Source of the DNA: Nitrospirota bacterium
GTDB lineage: Bacteria; Nitrospirota; UBA9217
Reading direction: 5' to 3'
DNA: 64,000 nt
Assembly: GCA_963790205.1 (NCBI GenBank)
Contig: CAWBNQ010000014.1
Coordinates: 224,001 to 288,000 of the forward strand
Every line of letters starts with the position of its first letter. The first letter of the stretch is position 1. The translations under genes were made by a program, and so were the position numbers. This document shows positions 38,500 to 48,696 of this stretch, piece after piece. The notes under the pieces were generated by a model, which was not told where the DNA came from, ran no database searches, and worked only from the letters and a program-made list of their open reading frames with translations.

Positions 38500-39861
38500 C
38501 TACATTGATGATCCTACGATGGTCTCGTAAAAAGTCGATCTTCGCCCGTTATTCGACATTCCGACTTGTCCGGAATCCTTCTTTTTCAGTGTGTTCTGCT
38601 GCGGTTCGATTCCCGACAATCGGGAATGACGACCTCTCTCGATTTCATCATTCTTTAGTTCATTCTTAAAGTTATAATCCAACTTTATTAAGACCGCTGA
38701 AAGGGCAAAATAAAGTGTAAAGAATATGGAATAGCCTTGAGACAGAAAGAACGCTGTAATAAGGTGGCCGATAAAGCCGACATAGATCAGCCCGGCTATG
38801 GTTCGTATCTCTGCGATCTCTTTGGAGGCGCCTGAAAGCCTCTTAGTCCGCCAAAAGGTCCTGTAGCTCCCGGCTATCAGAGCAAGGAAGAGGATAAAAC
38901 CGATAAAGCCGGTCTCTGTAGCAACTTGCAAATAAGAATTATGGATAGCCTGCCATCGGGGAATTAGTCCGAGGGCCTCTCTCGTGTATCCAATAGCCAT
39001 TGAAGAGCAGTCAACACCCACGCCCGTTATTGGATTGCTTAGAAACAGATCAAATGCTCTTCTCCAGATCTGGAAACGCCCCCATTCATCACTGATATTG
39101 TAATCGCTTCCAACGTCAGTAAGAGAGAGATAGCGATCAACATCGATTTTATCTCTGATCGAAAATAACAGTATGATCATGGCAATGACAACCACAATTT
39201 TATAAGACATCTTGATTCTATGCGTTTTTGTAAAAAGGAAGAATGCCATCACGGCGATCAGTCCTAGCATCCCACCCCGGGACCCCGAATAGAGGATCAC
39301 GGTTAGAGCGGTAAATATGCTGACCACGGCAAGAATTCTTTTCAGGGTGCCTTCACGATGAAAAATAAAGTAAAAGCAAAGCGGAAATAGTGAAATCAGG
39401 ACATAGGCGATATCGTTCGGATCGAACATTCCGCCATAGATCTCGAACCTGCCTCCGGAAAAGGCGCCGTTCATAAGGCCGAAGGCGCCGTAAAAAATAG
39501 TGCATAGACATATCACAAAAAGGACGATCTTCAACTTCTTGAGCGAATCGACTTCCACTACAAGGACGAGGAAAAAAAGCATATTCACCAGATATGTGAG
39601 GAATATGTAGTTGAATGCCACGCCCCGGTGATAAGCAAAAGGTATCCCCAGTATCATGATGAGATAAAAAAGGAAATACTTTCTCGTTTCGGGTATTTGG
39701 AAAATGGAGGAGAGCCGATTTCCCTTCGGCCCGAAAAAAGTACTTCCCGCGTTCAGCGCGGCAAGAACGAGTGCGGGCCTCAATGGTTGCAAAGCAATTA
39801 TTAGGTCCTGAGGCCGCCCAAGAAGGACAAAAATCCATATAAGGAATAGCTTAAAGGTCAT
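38500..39861 (-). CDS. O-antigen ligase / Wzy-like polymerase family protein
   Basis: Many TM helices, DPND.A, SGSRGG, R..IW, PITGVG, HNSYLQV..ETG. Confidence 0.88.
   Translation of the reverse strand: MTFKLFLIWIFVLLGRPQDLIIALQPLRPALVLAALNAGSTFFGPKGNRLSSIFQIPETRKYFLFYLIMILGIPFAYHRGVAFNYIFLTYLVNMLFFLVLVVEVDSLKKLKIVLFVICLCTIFYGAFGLMNGAFSGGRFEIYGGMFDPNDIAYVLISLFPLCFYFIFHREGTLKRILAVVSIFTALTVILYSGSRGGMLGLIAVMAFFLFTKTHRIKMSYKIVVVIAMIILLFSIRDKIDVDRYLSLTDVGSDYNISDEWGRFQIWRRAFDLFLSNPITGVGVDCSSMAIGYTREALGLIPRWQAIHNSYLQVATETGFIGFILFLALIAGSYRTFWRTKRLSGASKEIAEIRTIAGLIYVGFIGHLITAFFLSQGYSIFFTLYFALSAVLIKLDYNFKNELKNDEIERGRHSRLSGIEPQQNTLKKKDSGQVGMSNNGRRSTFYETIVGSSM
38518..38630. repeat. REP/RPE-like palindromic element inside the 3' end of the ligase ORF
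   Basis: gacattccgacttgtccggaatc (38555-38577) ... gattcccgacaatcgggaatgac (38608-38630), preceded by gatggtctcgtaaaaagtc. Confidence 0.65.
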
Positions 39862-39874
39862 AGAACTCTTCGAT

Positions 39875-41259
39875 TCACTGATCTGACATCATTGAACTGA
39901 AATTTCCGGCCAGCGCGAAAAGCCGCTGTGCTAATTGCCCGGATAAGCGCTTGGCATCGAATTGCGCATAATGCGTCGGATCGTTTCTGAGGCGGTCCCT
40001 GTCTTCTTGTCGCAAGAGCGTAAAAATATATTCAGCAATGCCATCGATATCCGTCGGTAAGAAACAGGCCCCGCTGTTCGTGTTCTTGATCAGCTTAGAA
40101 GTCGCTCCAGGCTCGGTTATCGCCATAATTTTTGTGCCGGAGTCTAAATAATCATACATTTTTGCAGGTATATTTATACCTTGAATGGGTGTGGCCAGGA
40201 GCAGCAGCAAATGTGAGCGCTGCATGACGAGAAGGGCTTCGCTCAGGGGAACCGGTCCCGAGACTTTTGCGATCGGATCAAGACCATAAGTATGTATCAT
40301 GGAAGATATCGGTTTCCCCTCCATGAGTTCGCAATTGCCGAATAATTTTAACTCGATTTTGGATGTCTCTATCCTGCCAGTAGAAATAAGCTTGTGGATC
40401 GCCTTGAAAAGCGGTTCAGGCGTTCTATTAAGATAGAGCGTACCTGCGTAGGATATCGTAAAGGTATTATAACGTTCAGCCAGGTCTTTTGATGGATATT
40501 TTTCAGTATCAATGCCGTTCGGAATGTAAAGAAATTTCTCTTCAGCCTCGGCTTTATACCTCGCCATGACGGTTTTTCTGTGTTCATCCGTTGTGGTAAT
40601 AATGATATCAGCGTTCTGAATTACCTGTTTCCCCATCCATTGCTCTATCCTATTGGACAGCGTGGTGCGGACAAGAGGCGTCTTCTGCTGTTGCAGATCT
40701 ATCCATGGATCTCTAAAGTCCGCGACCCATTTTACATTCGTCAGCTTCTTTACAATAAGCCCTATCAGATGAGATGAATGGGGCGGGCTCGACGTCATGA
40801 TGCAATCAAATCGCCGTCGATTTATTTAGAAGATCGCCCGCATTGTCGCTGGCAAAACCCAACTTCGCTCACCATCGGGAAGGAAGCTATTGAGAGATAC
40901 CAGCGCTTCAGCTTTTGCAAATAATTTTCTGATCTTATCTGTCCAAAATTCTCTCCGTAAAAGTCCCTGCTGCCGGCTCGGTCTTTCGCCCTCCAGATCC
41001 CGAACAGCGCTGATGCAATTCTCTTTATCGACAGCAAAAAATCAGTAACTCTAGGGACTTTGATGGTCTTCAGGACCCTGGTGTTGCTCAGATCATTCTC
41101 TCTTCCCTTGTCAAGCTGTTCACGATATCTGTCTTTGATGGTCAATACTGTCGGCTCCCAGCCAAATGAAGGCAAATATCGTGCAAACTTGGCAATGCGC
41201 AGCCCTCCGACGTCGGCGTCGGGCGGAAAGTGATATGCTGTGAGCAATATCTTTTACAT
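39875..41259 (-). pseudogene. GT4 glycosyltransferase pseudogene
   Basis: ATG-TAA at codon 2 (M*KILLTAYHFPP); frameshift near 40880; second in-frame TAA (LPDGERSWVLPATMRAIF*INRRRFDCIMTSSPP); then DFRDPW, YAGTLY, PAKMY. Confidence 0.85.
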
Positions 41260-41305
41260 GGGGAATGTTGAAGACCGGCCGTCCCTATTCATCCTATATT
41301 ATTTA

Positions 41306-42475
41306 TCATCTCTGCGTCGGCGACCAGGTGGTATAGGTCGCGCCTTGGAAATACTTAATCCATGCCGTGAAGATGGCAAGGTTCACCATCACAAACGCGT
41401 GTGAAGCTGCAAGCACTCTCGGCAAGAGAGGTACCCGCTTGATGCCTTTGGCGAAACCCGCTGATACATAGAAAACGATCTGTCCGAGGAGGGCCGTCAG
41501 ATAGAAGGAGTTCCGGCTGCCGAGCAGCAGGCTGCTCACGAACAGAATGATCAGAAAGAGAGGGACCAGGAAGCGACAGAGCTTGTGCGAGAAGAGTTCA
41601 AAGGAAAAGATCCCGAACTTCCCCGGGTTCAACAAGGTCCTGTTATTCACCATGGCCCTGATGGTCCTGTTGGTGATCCGGACCTGGCGATGAAACTCGC
41701 CTTTTGCACTTCCCGCGGTCATCTCAAAGCTGAAGGCCTTTTCTTCCAGCACCCCCCTGAACCCCTGCTGAACGATGAGAAGCGGTATGACAAAGTCGTT
41801 GATGTCATGCGGTTTGAGGGGGCAATACAGTTCTTTCCTGATCGCGAAGATCGCCCCGTCGGCGCCGACACAGGAGCCGATCATGCTTTCGCAGGTCTTC
41901 ATGAGCAGTTCCAGCTTCGCATACATGCCCAGGGAGCCGACGGACTCGCCGTCTTTTGGCGCGGTGTACTTCGTCCATCCTGTTACAAAACCGATCTTCG
42001 GGTCCTTGAAATGCTTCATCATTTCCCTGAGGGCATTTTGGTCATATTCGGAGTTTGCATCGGAGAAGACGAGGATCTCGCCTGTTGCGAACGGGACCGT
42101 CATGTTGAGACATTCCGTTTTCCCGATCCTTCCTGCATAGTGTTTCAGGCTGACCCCATTGCCGGCGTAACGTTCGACTATTTCTCTTGTTTTATCCGTT
42201 GAGCCGTCTGATATCACAATGATCTCGAGCAAGTCCTTCGGATAATCCAAGGAAAGCGAATTGACTATCTTTTGGCCGATGACAGCCTCTTCATTATAGG
42301 CCGAGATCAGAAGGGACACCTTCGGAAGAATGTCGGGTGCGAGGACTGACTGCTGCGCCGGTCCTCCCGCGTCTCCCTTGAAAAGCGAAATAGCCCACAG
42401 GACGATCGGGTATCCCGCGTAAGCGTAGAATACCATAAAGAGAGAAAACCAAAAGGAAAATTCAAGGGACGTCAT
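41306..42475 (-). CDS. GT2 membrane glycosyltransferase
   Basis: YAYAGYP, ISAYNEE, SDGSTD, FSDAN, GADGAIFAIR, INDF, SHKLCR. Confidence 0.9.
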   Translation of the reverse strand: MTSLEFSFWFSLFMVFYAYAGYPIVLWAISLFKGDAGGPAQQSVLAPDILPKVSLLISAYNEEAVIGQKIVNSLSLDYPKDLLEIIVISDGSTDKTREIVERYAGNGVSLKHYAGRIGKTECLNMTVPFATGEILVFSDANSEYDQNALREMMKHFKDPKIGFVTGWTKYTAPKDGESVGSLGMYAKLELLMKTCESMIGSCVGADGAIFAIRKELYCPLKPHDINDFVIPLLIVQQGFRGVLEEKAFSFEMTAGSAKGEFHRQVRITNRTIRAMVNNRTLLNPGKFGIFSFELFSHKLCRFLVPLFLIILFVSSLLLGSRNSFYLTALLGQIVFYVSAGFAKGIKRVPLLPRVLAASHAFVMVNLAIFTAWIKYFQGATYTTWSPTQR

Positions 42476-42920
42476 GCTCTGCTCTCCAGAGTTCTCTCGG
42501 CAACAGGCGAATCACCTCGTTGGTCCATATAGATATCGAACCCTGTCTGGAAGATAAGAAGGGACCAGATCAGCGTGTCGTTGATCTCCTTCCTGCTGTA
42601 GTGGTCCTCCAGAACGGTCCTGATCGTTCCCTGGTCGAACATGCCGTGCCTGGCGAGGTTCTCTTTTGACAGTTTGCTGAGCGTCAGTTCCTTCAGGTCG
42701 GTCTGGAGCCATTTTGTCATCGGGCCGACAAAGCCCTGTTTCCGGTGGTCCAGAACAGGCTTCGGAAGGAGATGGGAGGCGCCTTTCTTGAGAAGGTACT
42801 TTTTTCGGAACCATTTCATCTTCATTTCAGGAGGGATGGTCGCGCAGAACTCCACCAGTTCATGATCGATAAAGGGCGCCCGGACCTCGAGGGAATTGCA
42901 CATGCTCATCCTGTCGGAAC
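42472..42920 (-). pseudogene. asnB: Asparagine synthase (AsnB-like amidotransferase) C-terminal fragment
   Basis: DRMSM.NSLEVRAPFIDHELVE...KYLLK...LP..VL...KQGF..P...W, with no upstream synthase domain. Confidence 0.85.
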
Positions 42921-42952
42921 AGTACTGTGCCCCGCCAATCAAAACGGGACTG

Positions 42953-43708
42953 CTACCGGATGCTACACTTATCGTTTTTTTGAAACATCATGATGGCGAG
43001 CATCCCTATGCCCGGGATATTCGAGATCCTCTCCATTATGGCTCCCCGCTGCAGCGTGATGGTGTTGTGCTTTCTCGCTAATAGCCTAAACCCTATCTTT
43101 TCTACCACCTCAATGAATAAGTTAATATCATACTGGCGCTTCTGGATATCGAGATAGCCGAGTTTCTCGATGGGGATGAATCTCGGCATCAAACGTTTGT
43201 TTGCATGCATCCATTTGTCCAGCTTGCAAAAGAGACTCTTACGATCGGGAACGGATACGATGAGGAAGCCGCCATCCTTCAATATGGAATGGAATGTCCT
43301 TACGGGCGACATGTCTTCTTCGACGTATTCCAAGACGCTGCTGCAGATGACTGCATCGAACTTTTGAGACGAAATCTTAGAGAGTAGCTCGTCATCCAGA
43401 TGATGATAGGAGGCGTTCGACGCAAGCCCGAACTCTTCGGCGCGCTCACTGGCCTTCCGCACCATCCCCTCAGCAATGTCCACACCGGTTACCGAGTGAC
43501 CGTTCTGCAGCATGGGAAAAGTGATGTCCCCAGAACCGCACCCGTAGTCCAGGATCGATGCATGTCTAAGACCTGTCGACCCAAAAAGTTGGTAGATCGT
43601 CCTGCAACGGTAAAAGTAGGATGTCTTTTTACCATACTTCTCTCCCCAATTCCGCGATTCGTAGTCCCAGAAGTTGGCCACTTTCGGATCGAATTTACTT
43701 GTCAGCAT
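42953..43708 (-). CDS. Class I SAM-dependent methyltransferase
   Basis: ILDYGCGSG, GVDIAEGM, FDAVICSSVLEY, LKDGG.L.VSVP. Confidence 0.88.
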   Translation of the reverse strand: MLTSKFDPKVANFWDYESRNWGEKYGKKTSYFYRCRTIYQLFGSTGLRHASILDYGCGSGDITFPMLQNGHSVTGVDIAEGMVRKASERAEEFGLASNASYHHLDDELLSKISSQKFDAVICSSVLEYVEEDMSPVRTFHSILKDGGFLIVSVPDRKSLFCKLDKWMHANKRLMPRFIPIEKLGYLDIQKRQYDINLFIEVVEKIGFRLLARKHNTITLQRGAIMERISNIPGIGMLAIMMFQKNDKCSIR

Positions 43709-43740
43709 AGTTCTTCACTCCCCGGATCTCAGTGAACACA

Positions 43741-43870
43741 AGAGGTGACTCCCACTATTTGGACAGTCAAGGGGTCTATTTAAGTTGAAGCAAGATCAGT
43801 CACGCCGCCAACATTGCCGCTAAGCCGCGGCAGGTTGAAGTATGCCTCATAGGGGTCTTGTCGTCAAATA
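43741..43870 (-). mobile_element. IS3-family right-end remnant
   Basis: Minus strand reads FDDKTP/EAYFNLP (frame-broken transposase C-terminus), then ACTTAAA...CTGTCCAAATAGTGGGAGTCACCTC, which resembles an IS3-family terminal repeat. Confidence 0.65.
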
Positions 43871-43977
43871 GGGCTGCCTCTTCCAAGAATGCCCCTGTTC
43901 ATTAACATCATTATCCTGTTTGCTTTCCGCCTGTTCGCCACATAAACGAAATCTTCACAGTTGCCTGATCCGTTCCT

Positions 43978-44151
43978 TCAAGTCATTCGTTTAGAATCGC
44001 TCCTGTACCTCAAAACAACATGGTCTTCGACGTAATACCCGCAGTCGTCAGGGCCGCGGTGCGACAGACAGGTGGTCATCTTCGCGATCTCAGCACGTAA
44101 CATTTGCTGATCTGCTTTATTGTTATGATATATGCCTGCTATGCCACACAT
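43978..44151 (-). pseudogene. asnB: Asparagine synthase N-terminal fragment (57 aa, below ORF-track cutoff)
   Basis: Manual translation MCGIAGIY...AKMTTCLSHRGPDDCGYYVEDHVVL, then loss of similarity and a stop. Confidence 0.88.
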
Positions 44152-44257
44152 TTCTATCGATATTCCATGTTTGCATCATTCGACCGAGCCTTTTTTTAAC
44201 AGGACGCTTAAAGTATTATCTGATTCAAGATGTGATACAGCCATCGACGTGCACAGA

Positions 44258-45202
44258 TCACCGGCTCCGGGTTATTTTGAGGTTTAAAGATCTTTTCAGT
44301 TGCTTTAATTTATCTATGATCCCTTGAGGGAAATAACAGGACAAATAGTAAACATAGGACTTTAATTTGTACGGATTAAACTCCATGCTCTTTTTAAAAT
44401 AGACCTTTGCCGCATCATATTCCTTGGTGGTAAAGCAGTTATATCCTTCGCTGAAATAAATAACGTAGTATTTGTTGTCCATGCTCTTCCGGCCCAATCT
44501 TTGGTAGAGGTCCGGATATTTTATCCTGATAAGCTCGATGTTTTTTTTGACACCTTCGATACATTTGCTATATGTCCTGCTCAGGCTGCCTTCCGTTATC
44601 CGGTAACGCACCAGGGGCTCGTCGATCATTTCAATGGGATATTCCATTGCGATTCTCATCCACATATTATCGTCTTCGGCCGCCTTGAGCTGTTCTTCAA
44701 ACAATCCCACCCTGTCAAAGACCGCCTTCCTTACCATTACTGTCGAAGTAGTGAGATAACTGTTCAAGAAGATATTTCGTACTACATCGCCTCGCATCAA
44801 TTTTTCACGCTTTCCTAAGCTTCTGTCGACTATCCTATTATATTTATCAAAAGAACAGTTCTCCGTATAAACCATGCCGACATCAGGCTTTTTATTGAAC
44901 ACATCAATTTGTTTTTCCAGCTTTTCTGGCAACCATACGTCATCAGCATCCAGGAAAGCAGTAAATTCACCTTTCGACACTTTAATTCCCAAATTTCTTG
45001 CACTCGAAACCCCATTCTGTTTCGTGTAAAAGTACCTCACCATGGGATACTTATTTTTAATAAGGTCCCCTGTTCCATCGTTCGATCCATCATCAATGAC
45101 AATGATTTCGTAGTCGCTCCGGGTTTGAGCCAGAACGCTATCTATTGCTTCACCTATATATCTCGCATAATTGTATGTCGGCATAACAACACTTATCATC
45201 AT
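44258..45202 (-). CDS. GT2 glycosyltransferase
   Basis: ISVVMPTYN, DDGSND, ARN.G, FLDADD, ED. Confidence 0.92.
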   Translation of the reverse strand: MMISVVMPTYNYARYIGEAIDSVLAQTRSDYEIIVIDDGSNDGTGDLIKNKYPMVRYFYTKQNGVSSARNLGIKVSKGEFTAFLDADDVWLPEKLEKQIDVFNKKPDVGMVYTENCSFDKYNRIVDRSLGKREKLMRGDVVRNIFLNSYLTTSTVMVRKAVFDRVGLFEEQLKAAEDDNMWMRIAMEYPIEMIDEPLVRYRITEGSLSRTYSKCIEGVKKNIELIRIKYPDLYQRLGRKSMDNKYYVIYFSEGYNCFTTKEYDAAKVYFKKSMEFNPYKLKSYVYYLSCYFPQGIIDKLKQLKRSLNLKITRSR

Positions 45203-45286
45203 TATTTTCCCTGCATATGAGTGATTAGATAAAGATTATTAATGTTTACTAACGCGGTCATTACTGAACGACAACAACGAGGCAGC

Positions 45287-46261
45287 TTATGAACTTCTCA
45301 GTAATTTGATTTTAGTTATCATGTAACGCGGGAGTAAACTGATGATCAGACATTTCATGCAGGTCCTGTTCCGATAATCATATTTCAGGCCCAGTAAAAA
45401 ATATTTTATAGCTGATCTTCTGTTATTTTTTTTATAAAAATAGTAATAGCCCAGCTGAAAACAGGTATCACTGATATTCTTATGAATTATTTGTTTTCGA
45501 GCATACGTTGGGCTTGACTCATTACTGAGGCTTCTGATCCGATCCAGGCAATATCTCTCTACATCTTTTGTTAAATAGCTCCTATAATTGTTATATACTG
45601 CTGTGGAACTATCTATATAAGCAATTTTGTAACGTTCAGCAATACGTATCCAATAGTCGGTATCCTCACCTACCGATATATCGGTCCTGAAGTAACCGAC
45701 GGATCCAATGACGGATCTTCTCATCATTACCGTTCCGGTCCAAATCGGATGAGGAGAAAAGCTATAGAAAAGATCAATAAATTTACCGTTAAATGCTACA
45801 AGGTCATTATTGGGCTTGCCGGCGAATGATTCTTTAAAATATTCGAGGAACCTGTTATCAGCCAGGTATTTTTTCACATGGACGCCATCGGTTTTCTTCA
45901 AACCGTAATCTGTGAACACCATCATTACATCTTCGTTCGATCTCAGGACGTCGTGCCTCTGCTTAAGACTGTCGGGTTTCAATTCATCATCGGCATCCAA
46001 AAAACATATATATTCTCCCTTGCTCATGCTCATACCCGCGTTCCTCGCGGCACCCGGTCCCTTGTTGTCTTGATGCACGTATGTAATGAACTCGTTCGAC
46101 CTGTATTTGTTCAGAACTTCAGCAGTGTTATCAGTTGAACCGTCATCAACAACAATAATTTCAACAGCTTTATATGACTGGCTTAAAACGGATTCTATTG
46201 CATCACGAACGTAATCCGCGCAATTGTAAGCGGGTATTATGACGCTAATTATATCGTTCAT
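45287..46261 (-). CDS. GT2 glycosyltransferase
   Basis: SVIIPAYN, DDGSTD, GPGAARN, FLDADD, GED. Confidence 0.92.
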   Translation of the reverse strand: MNDIISVIIPAYNCADYVRDAIESVLSQSYKAVEIIVVDDGSTDNTAEVLNKYRSNEFITYVHQDNKGPGAARNAGMSMSKGEYICFLDADDELKPDSLKQRHDVLRSNEDVMMVFTDYGLKKTDGVHVKKYLADNRFLEYFKESFAGKPNNDLVAFNGKFIDLFYSFSPHPIWTGTVMMRRSVIGSVGYFRTDISVGEDTDYWIRIAERYKIAYIDSSTAVYNNYRSYLTKDVERYCLDRIRSLSNESSPTYARKQIIHKNISDTCFQLGYYYFYKKNNRRSAIKYFLLGLKYDYRNRTCMKCLIISLLPRYMITKIKLLRSS

Positions 46262-46263
46262 GA

Positions 46264-47385
46264 TCAACGTCCGGGGAGTATCTGACCGTTCCGGCTGACC
46301 TCTTCTCTTACGACCCGCAAATATTGCATGCCAAACCTATGGTCAGGCTCCAGATGATTGCCTTCAGCCCATTCATTCCACGCTTTTATGAAAATTAAAT
46401 TATGCTCACAAGGTATTTTTTTCGTTTCCCTTAAGAGTTCTCTCAACTTTGTTCTGAAGAATTCCGGCGTTGATTCATGTAAAACCAGACCTTCCTCCCC
46501 GCATCGAGGCGTATTGTCCCAATTCGGAATGATACAAGGATATTTAATAATCCCGCTGTCAGACGGGGTAATTGTCTCCGGTAACTCGTCTTTGTAAGAA
46601 TAGATTGCGGGCTTGTGTGTTATTTGATGATATTTATTCATAAACCATTTTATTGGATGACGCTTAGAAACCCATTTCTTTCTTGATGGCAGTCTTTGCA
46701 CCATTGAGGCATCAAACCCGTACTCATTTGGATTCCATTCTGGTTGCTCCGAGACTCCGATAACGTATAATCCTTTTAATCCCGCCTTCAAAGCCATTTC
46801 CTTCCAGAATGCAATTACATTTTTTGATTCAGGTAATTCCTTAGGTCTATAGATTAGAAATATAGGTTTCCCGTCAATTTTTAAATATCTTTCATCGGTA
46901 AAAGCCTCTAATAATACATCGAAATGTAACTTGTGATCTCCATAGCCGGGATAGGTCTGCTCTATCAATATTCTTTCCGGACTGCCATGCCAAATGCCTG
47001 TCCATGTCTGGTTGGCCCAGCAAAAGCAAAAGGGAAAGTCGGGCTGTCCTGATCGCAGCACCTCGTTGAAAGGCCTTTCGAGTATTCTTTTCCCTCCGAA
47101 CCAGTAATGATAATAGCAGAATGCCTCGATGCCGTGTGCTCTCGCCATTTCAGCCTGCGCAGCTCTTGTTTCAGCCACCCGGAGATCGTAAAAGCCGAGA
47201 TCAGCGGGGACGTGCGGCTGGTAATGCCCCCGGAACAGCGGCTTCGCCTTTGCAACGTTCGTCCATTCCGTAAATCCCCTGCCCCACCACTCGTCATTCT
47301 CCGGAATCGGATGGAACTGCGGCAGGTAAAAGGCAATGAGCCTCGCAGCATACGCATTAACGGTTTTCTCGGTGCTGTTTCTCAT
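46264..47385 (-). CDS. WbsX-like (GH99-like fold) glycosyltransferase
   Basis: IAFYLPQFHPIPENDEWWG.GFTEWTNV, LGFYDLR, FCYYHYWF, PNWDNTPR, AWNEWAEG.HLEPD. Confidence 0.92.
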   Translation of the reverse strand: MRNSTEKTVNAYAARLIAFYLPQFHPIPENDEWWGRGFTEWTNVAKAKPLFRGHYQPHVPADLGFYDLRVAETRAAQAEMARAHGIEAFCYYHYWFGGKRILERPFNEVLRSGQPDFPFCFCWANQTWTGIWHGSPERILIEQTYPGYGDHKLHFDVLLEAFTDERYLKIDGKPIFLIYRPKELPESKNVIAFWKEMALKAGLKGLYVIGVSEQPEWNPNEYGFDASMVQRLPSRKKWVSKRHPIKWFMNKYHQITHKPAIYSYKDELPETITPSDSGIIKYPCIIPNWDNTPRCGEEGLVLHESTPEFFRTKLRELLRETKKIPCEHNLIFIKAWNEWAEGNHLEPDHRFGMQYLRVVREEVSRNGQILPGR

Positions 47386-47413
47386 CAATTTTGCACCCGT
47401 TTAAGACTCTCTT

Positions 47414-48619
47414 TTAGACGCCCGCACCAAATAGTCCGGATTTGACCCGTTGAGCAATGTAATTATTAAAAAATACAACTTTCTCGAAAAGATTCAATCG
47501 CTTTACAGGCTTATCATATATTCTTTCCAACGCATCGATCATAGCTTGAGCGACCCGCTTTGGGGTGTAGTTGTCATCAATGATCTTTATGGCATTCTGC
47601 CGGATCGCTTCATAAAGACTGCTGTCGTTCAGCAGTTCCAGGACGGCGTCGGCAAACCCCCGGGGAGTATCAGCGATCATGATGTTCTTCCGGTCAGTGA
47701 GTCCCATGCCTTGCGCACCTACAGAGGTGGTAACCACCGGGACCCCATGCGCCATAGCTTCTCCGATCTTACCCTTCATCCCCGCACCAAAGCGAAGGGG
47801 AGCGACTGAAATGCGGCTGCGGTGCAGGTATGGGGATGTTTTAGGAACAAAGCCGGTCACCTTGATGCTCTCGCTTTCCAGTGACCGTATCTTGTCCGGG
47901 GGATTTGTCCCTACGATCGTGAAATGAATATCCGGTTTGGCTTGCCTGATCAACGGCAGGATGTCATTGCAAAAGAAAAGGACCGCGTCGGCATTGGGTT
48001 CATGATAAAAACTGCCGATAAAGATGAGCGTGTTCATTCCGGGAGGTGCGTCGTTGAGGCAGAACTCGTGGATATTGGGCACCACCTCGCACGTTATGTC
48101 CGGATCCTCTCTGAGGAGTGCAGAGGCATCATCCCGGGTAACGGTTATCACCGCATCCGCCTTGCGATAAACGGCGAGTTCCCTTTCCTTCGTATCCCGG
48201 TAGATGACGCGGTCAGTTTCGTCTCCCGTTAGTTCGTATTTGAGGTGTAATCTCAGATAATGCACGTCCACTGAATCTACAATCACGCGGCATTCAGGTT
48301 GAAGGATCCTGATCCGGTCGAGATAGTATTCCGCCATCATGTAGAGCTCCACGACAGCGACCTTGAACTTTTCCGTCTTCAAGAGCTTCCCCAGGGGAAA
48401 TGACCCCGCGTGAACAGTAATGTTGCGCTGCTCCATGAGAGATATATAAGCATTGTCTCCGGGCCTGGGAATCGTCGCAACAAAGATTATCTCATAATCC
48501 TTTGCCAGGATCTCGAGGATCGAGGAGAGGCGCAAATCTCCCGAATTGGTGTCAGGTCGAGGGACACATTGCGAGATGAAGAGAATTTTTTCTTTTAAAG
48601 GTCGCATCATGTGAGGCAT
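47414..48619 (-). CDS. GT4 glycosyltransferase
   Basis: PD..SGDLR, DSVDVHYLR, FIG.F.H.PN.DA, APLRFGAGMKGKIGEAM. Confidence 0.9.
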   Translation of the reverse strand: MPHMMRPLKEKILFISQCVPRPDTNSGDLRLSSILEILAKDYEIIFVATIPRPGDNAYISLMEQRNITVHAGSFPLGKLLKTEKFKVAVVELYMMAEYYLDRIRILQPECRVIVDSVDVHYLRLHLKYELTGDETDRVIYRDTKERELAVYRKADAVITVTRDDASALLREDPDITCEVVPNIHEFCLNDAPPGMNTLIFIGSFYHEPNADAVLFFCNDILPLIRQAKPDIHFTIVGTNPPDKIRSLESESIKVTGFVPKTSPYLHRSRISVAPLRFGAGMKGKIGEAMAHGVPVVTTSVGAQGMGLTDRKNIMIADTPRGFADAVLELLNDSSLYEAIRQNAIKIIDDNYTPKRVAQAMIDALERIYDKPVKRLNLFEKVVFFNNYIAQRVKSGLFGAGV

Positions 48620-48696
48620 TCCCGTTTACACCAGAGAATTTCAGCCTTACCTCACGCAGGCAAAGCGAGTCGTGTCTTCAGCGCTTATTGGCTGTT

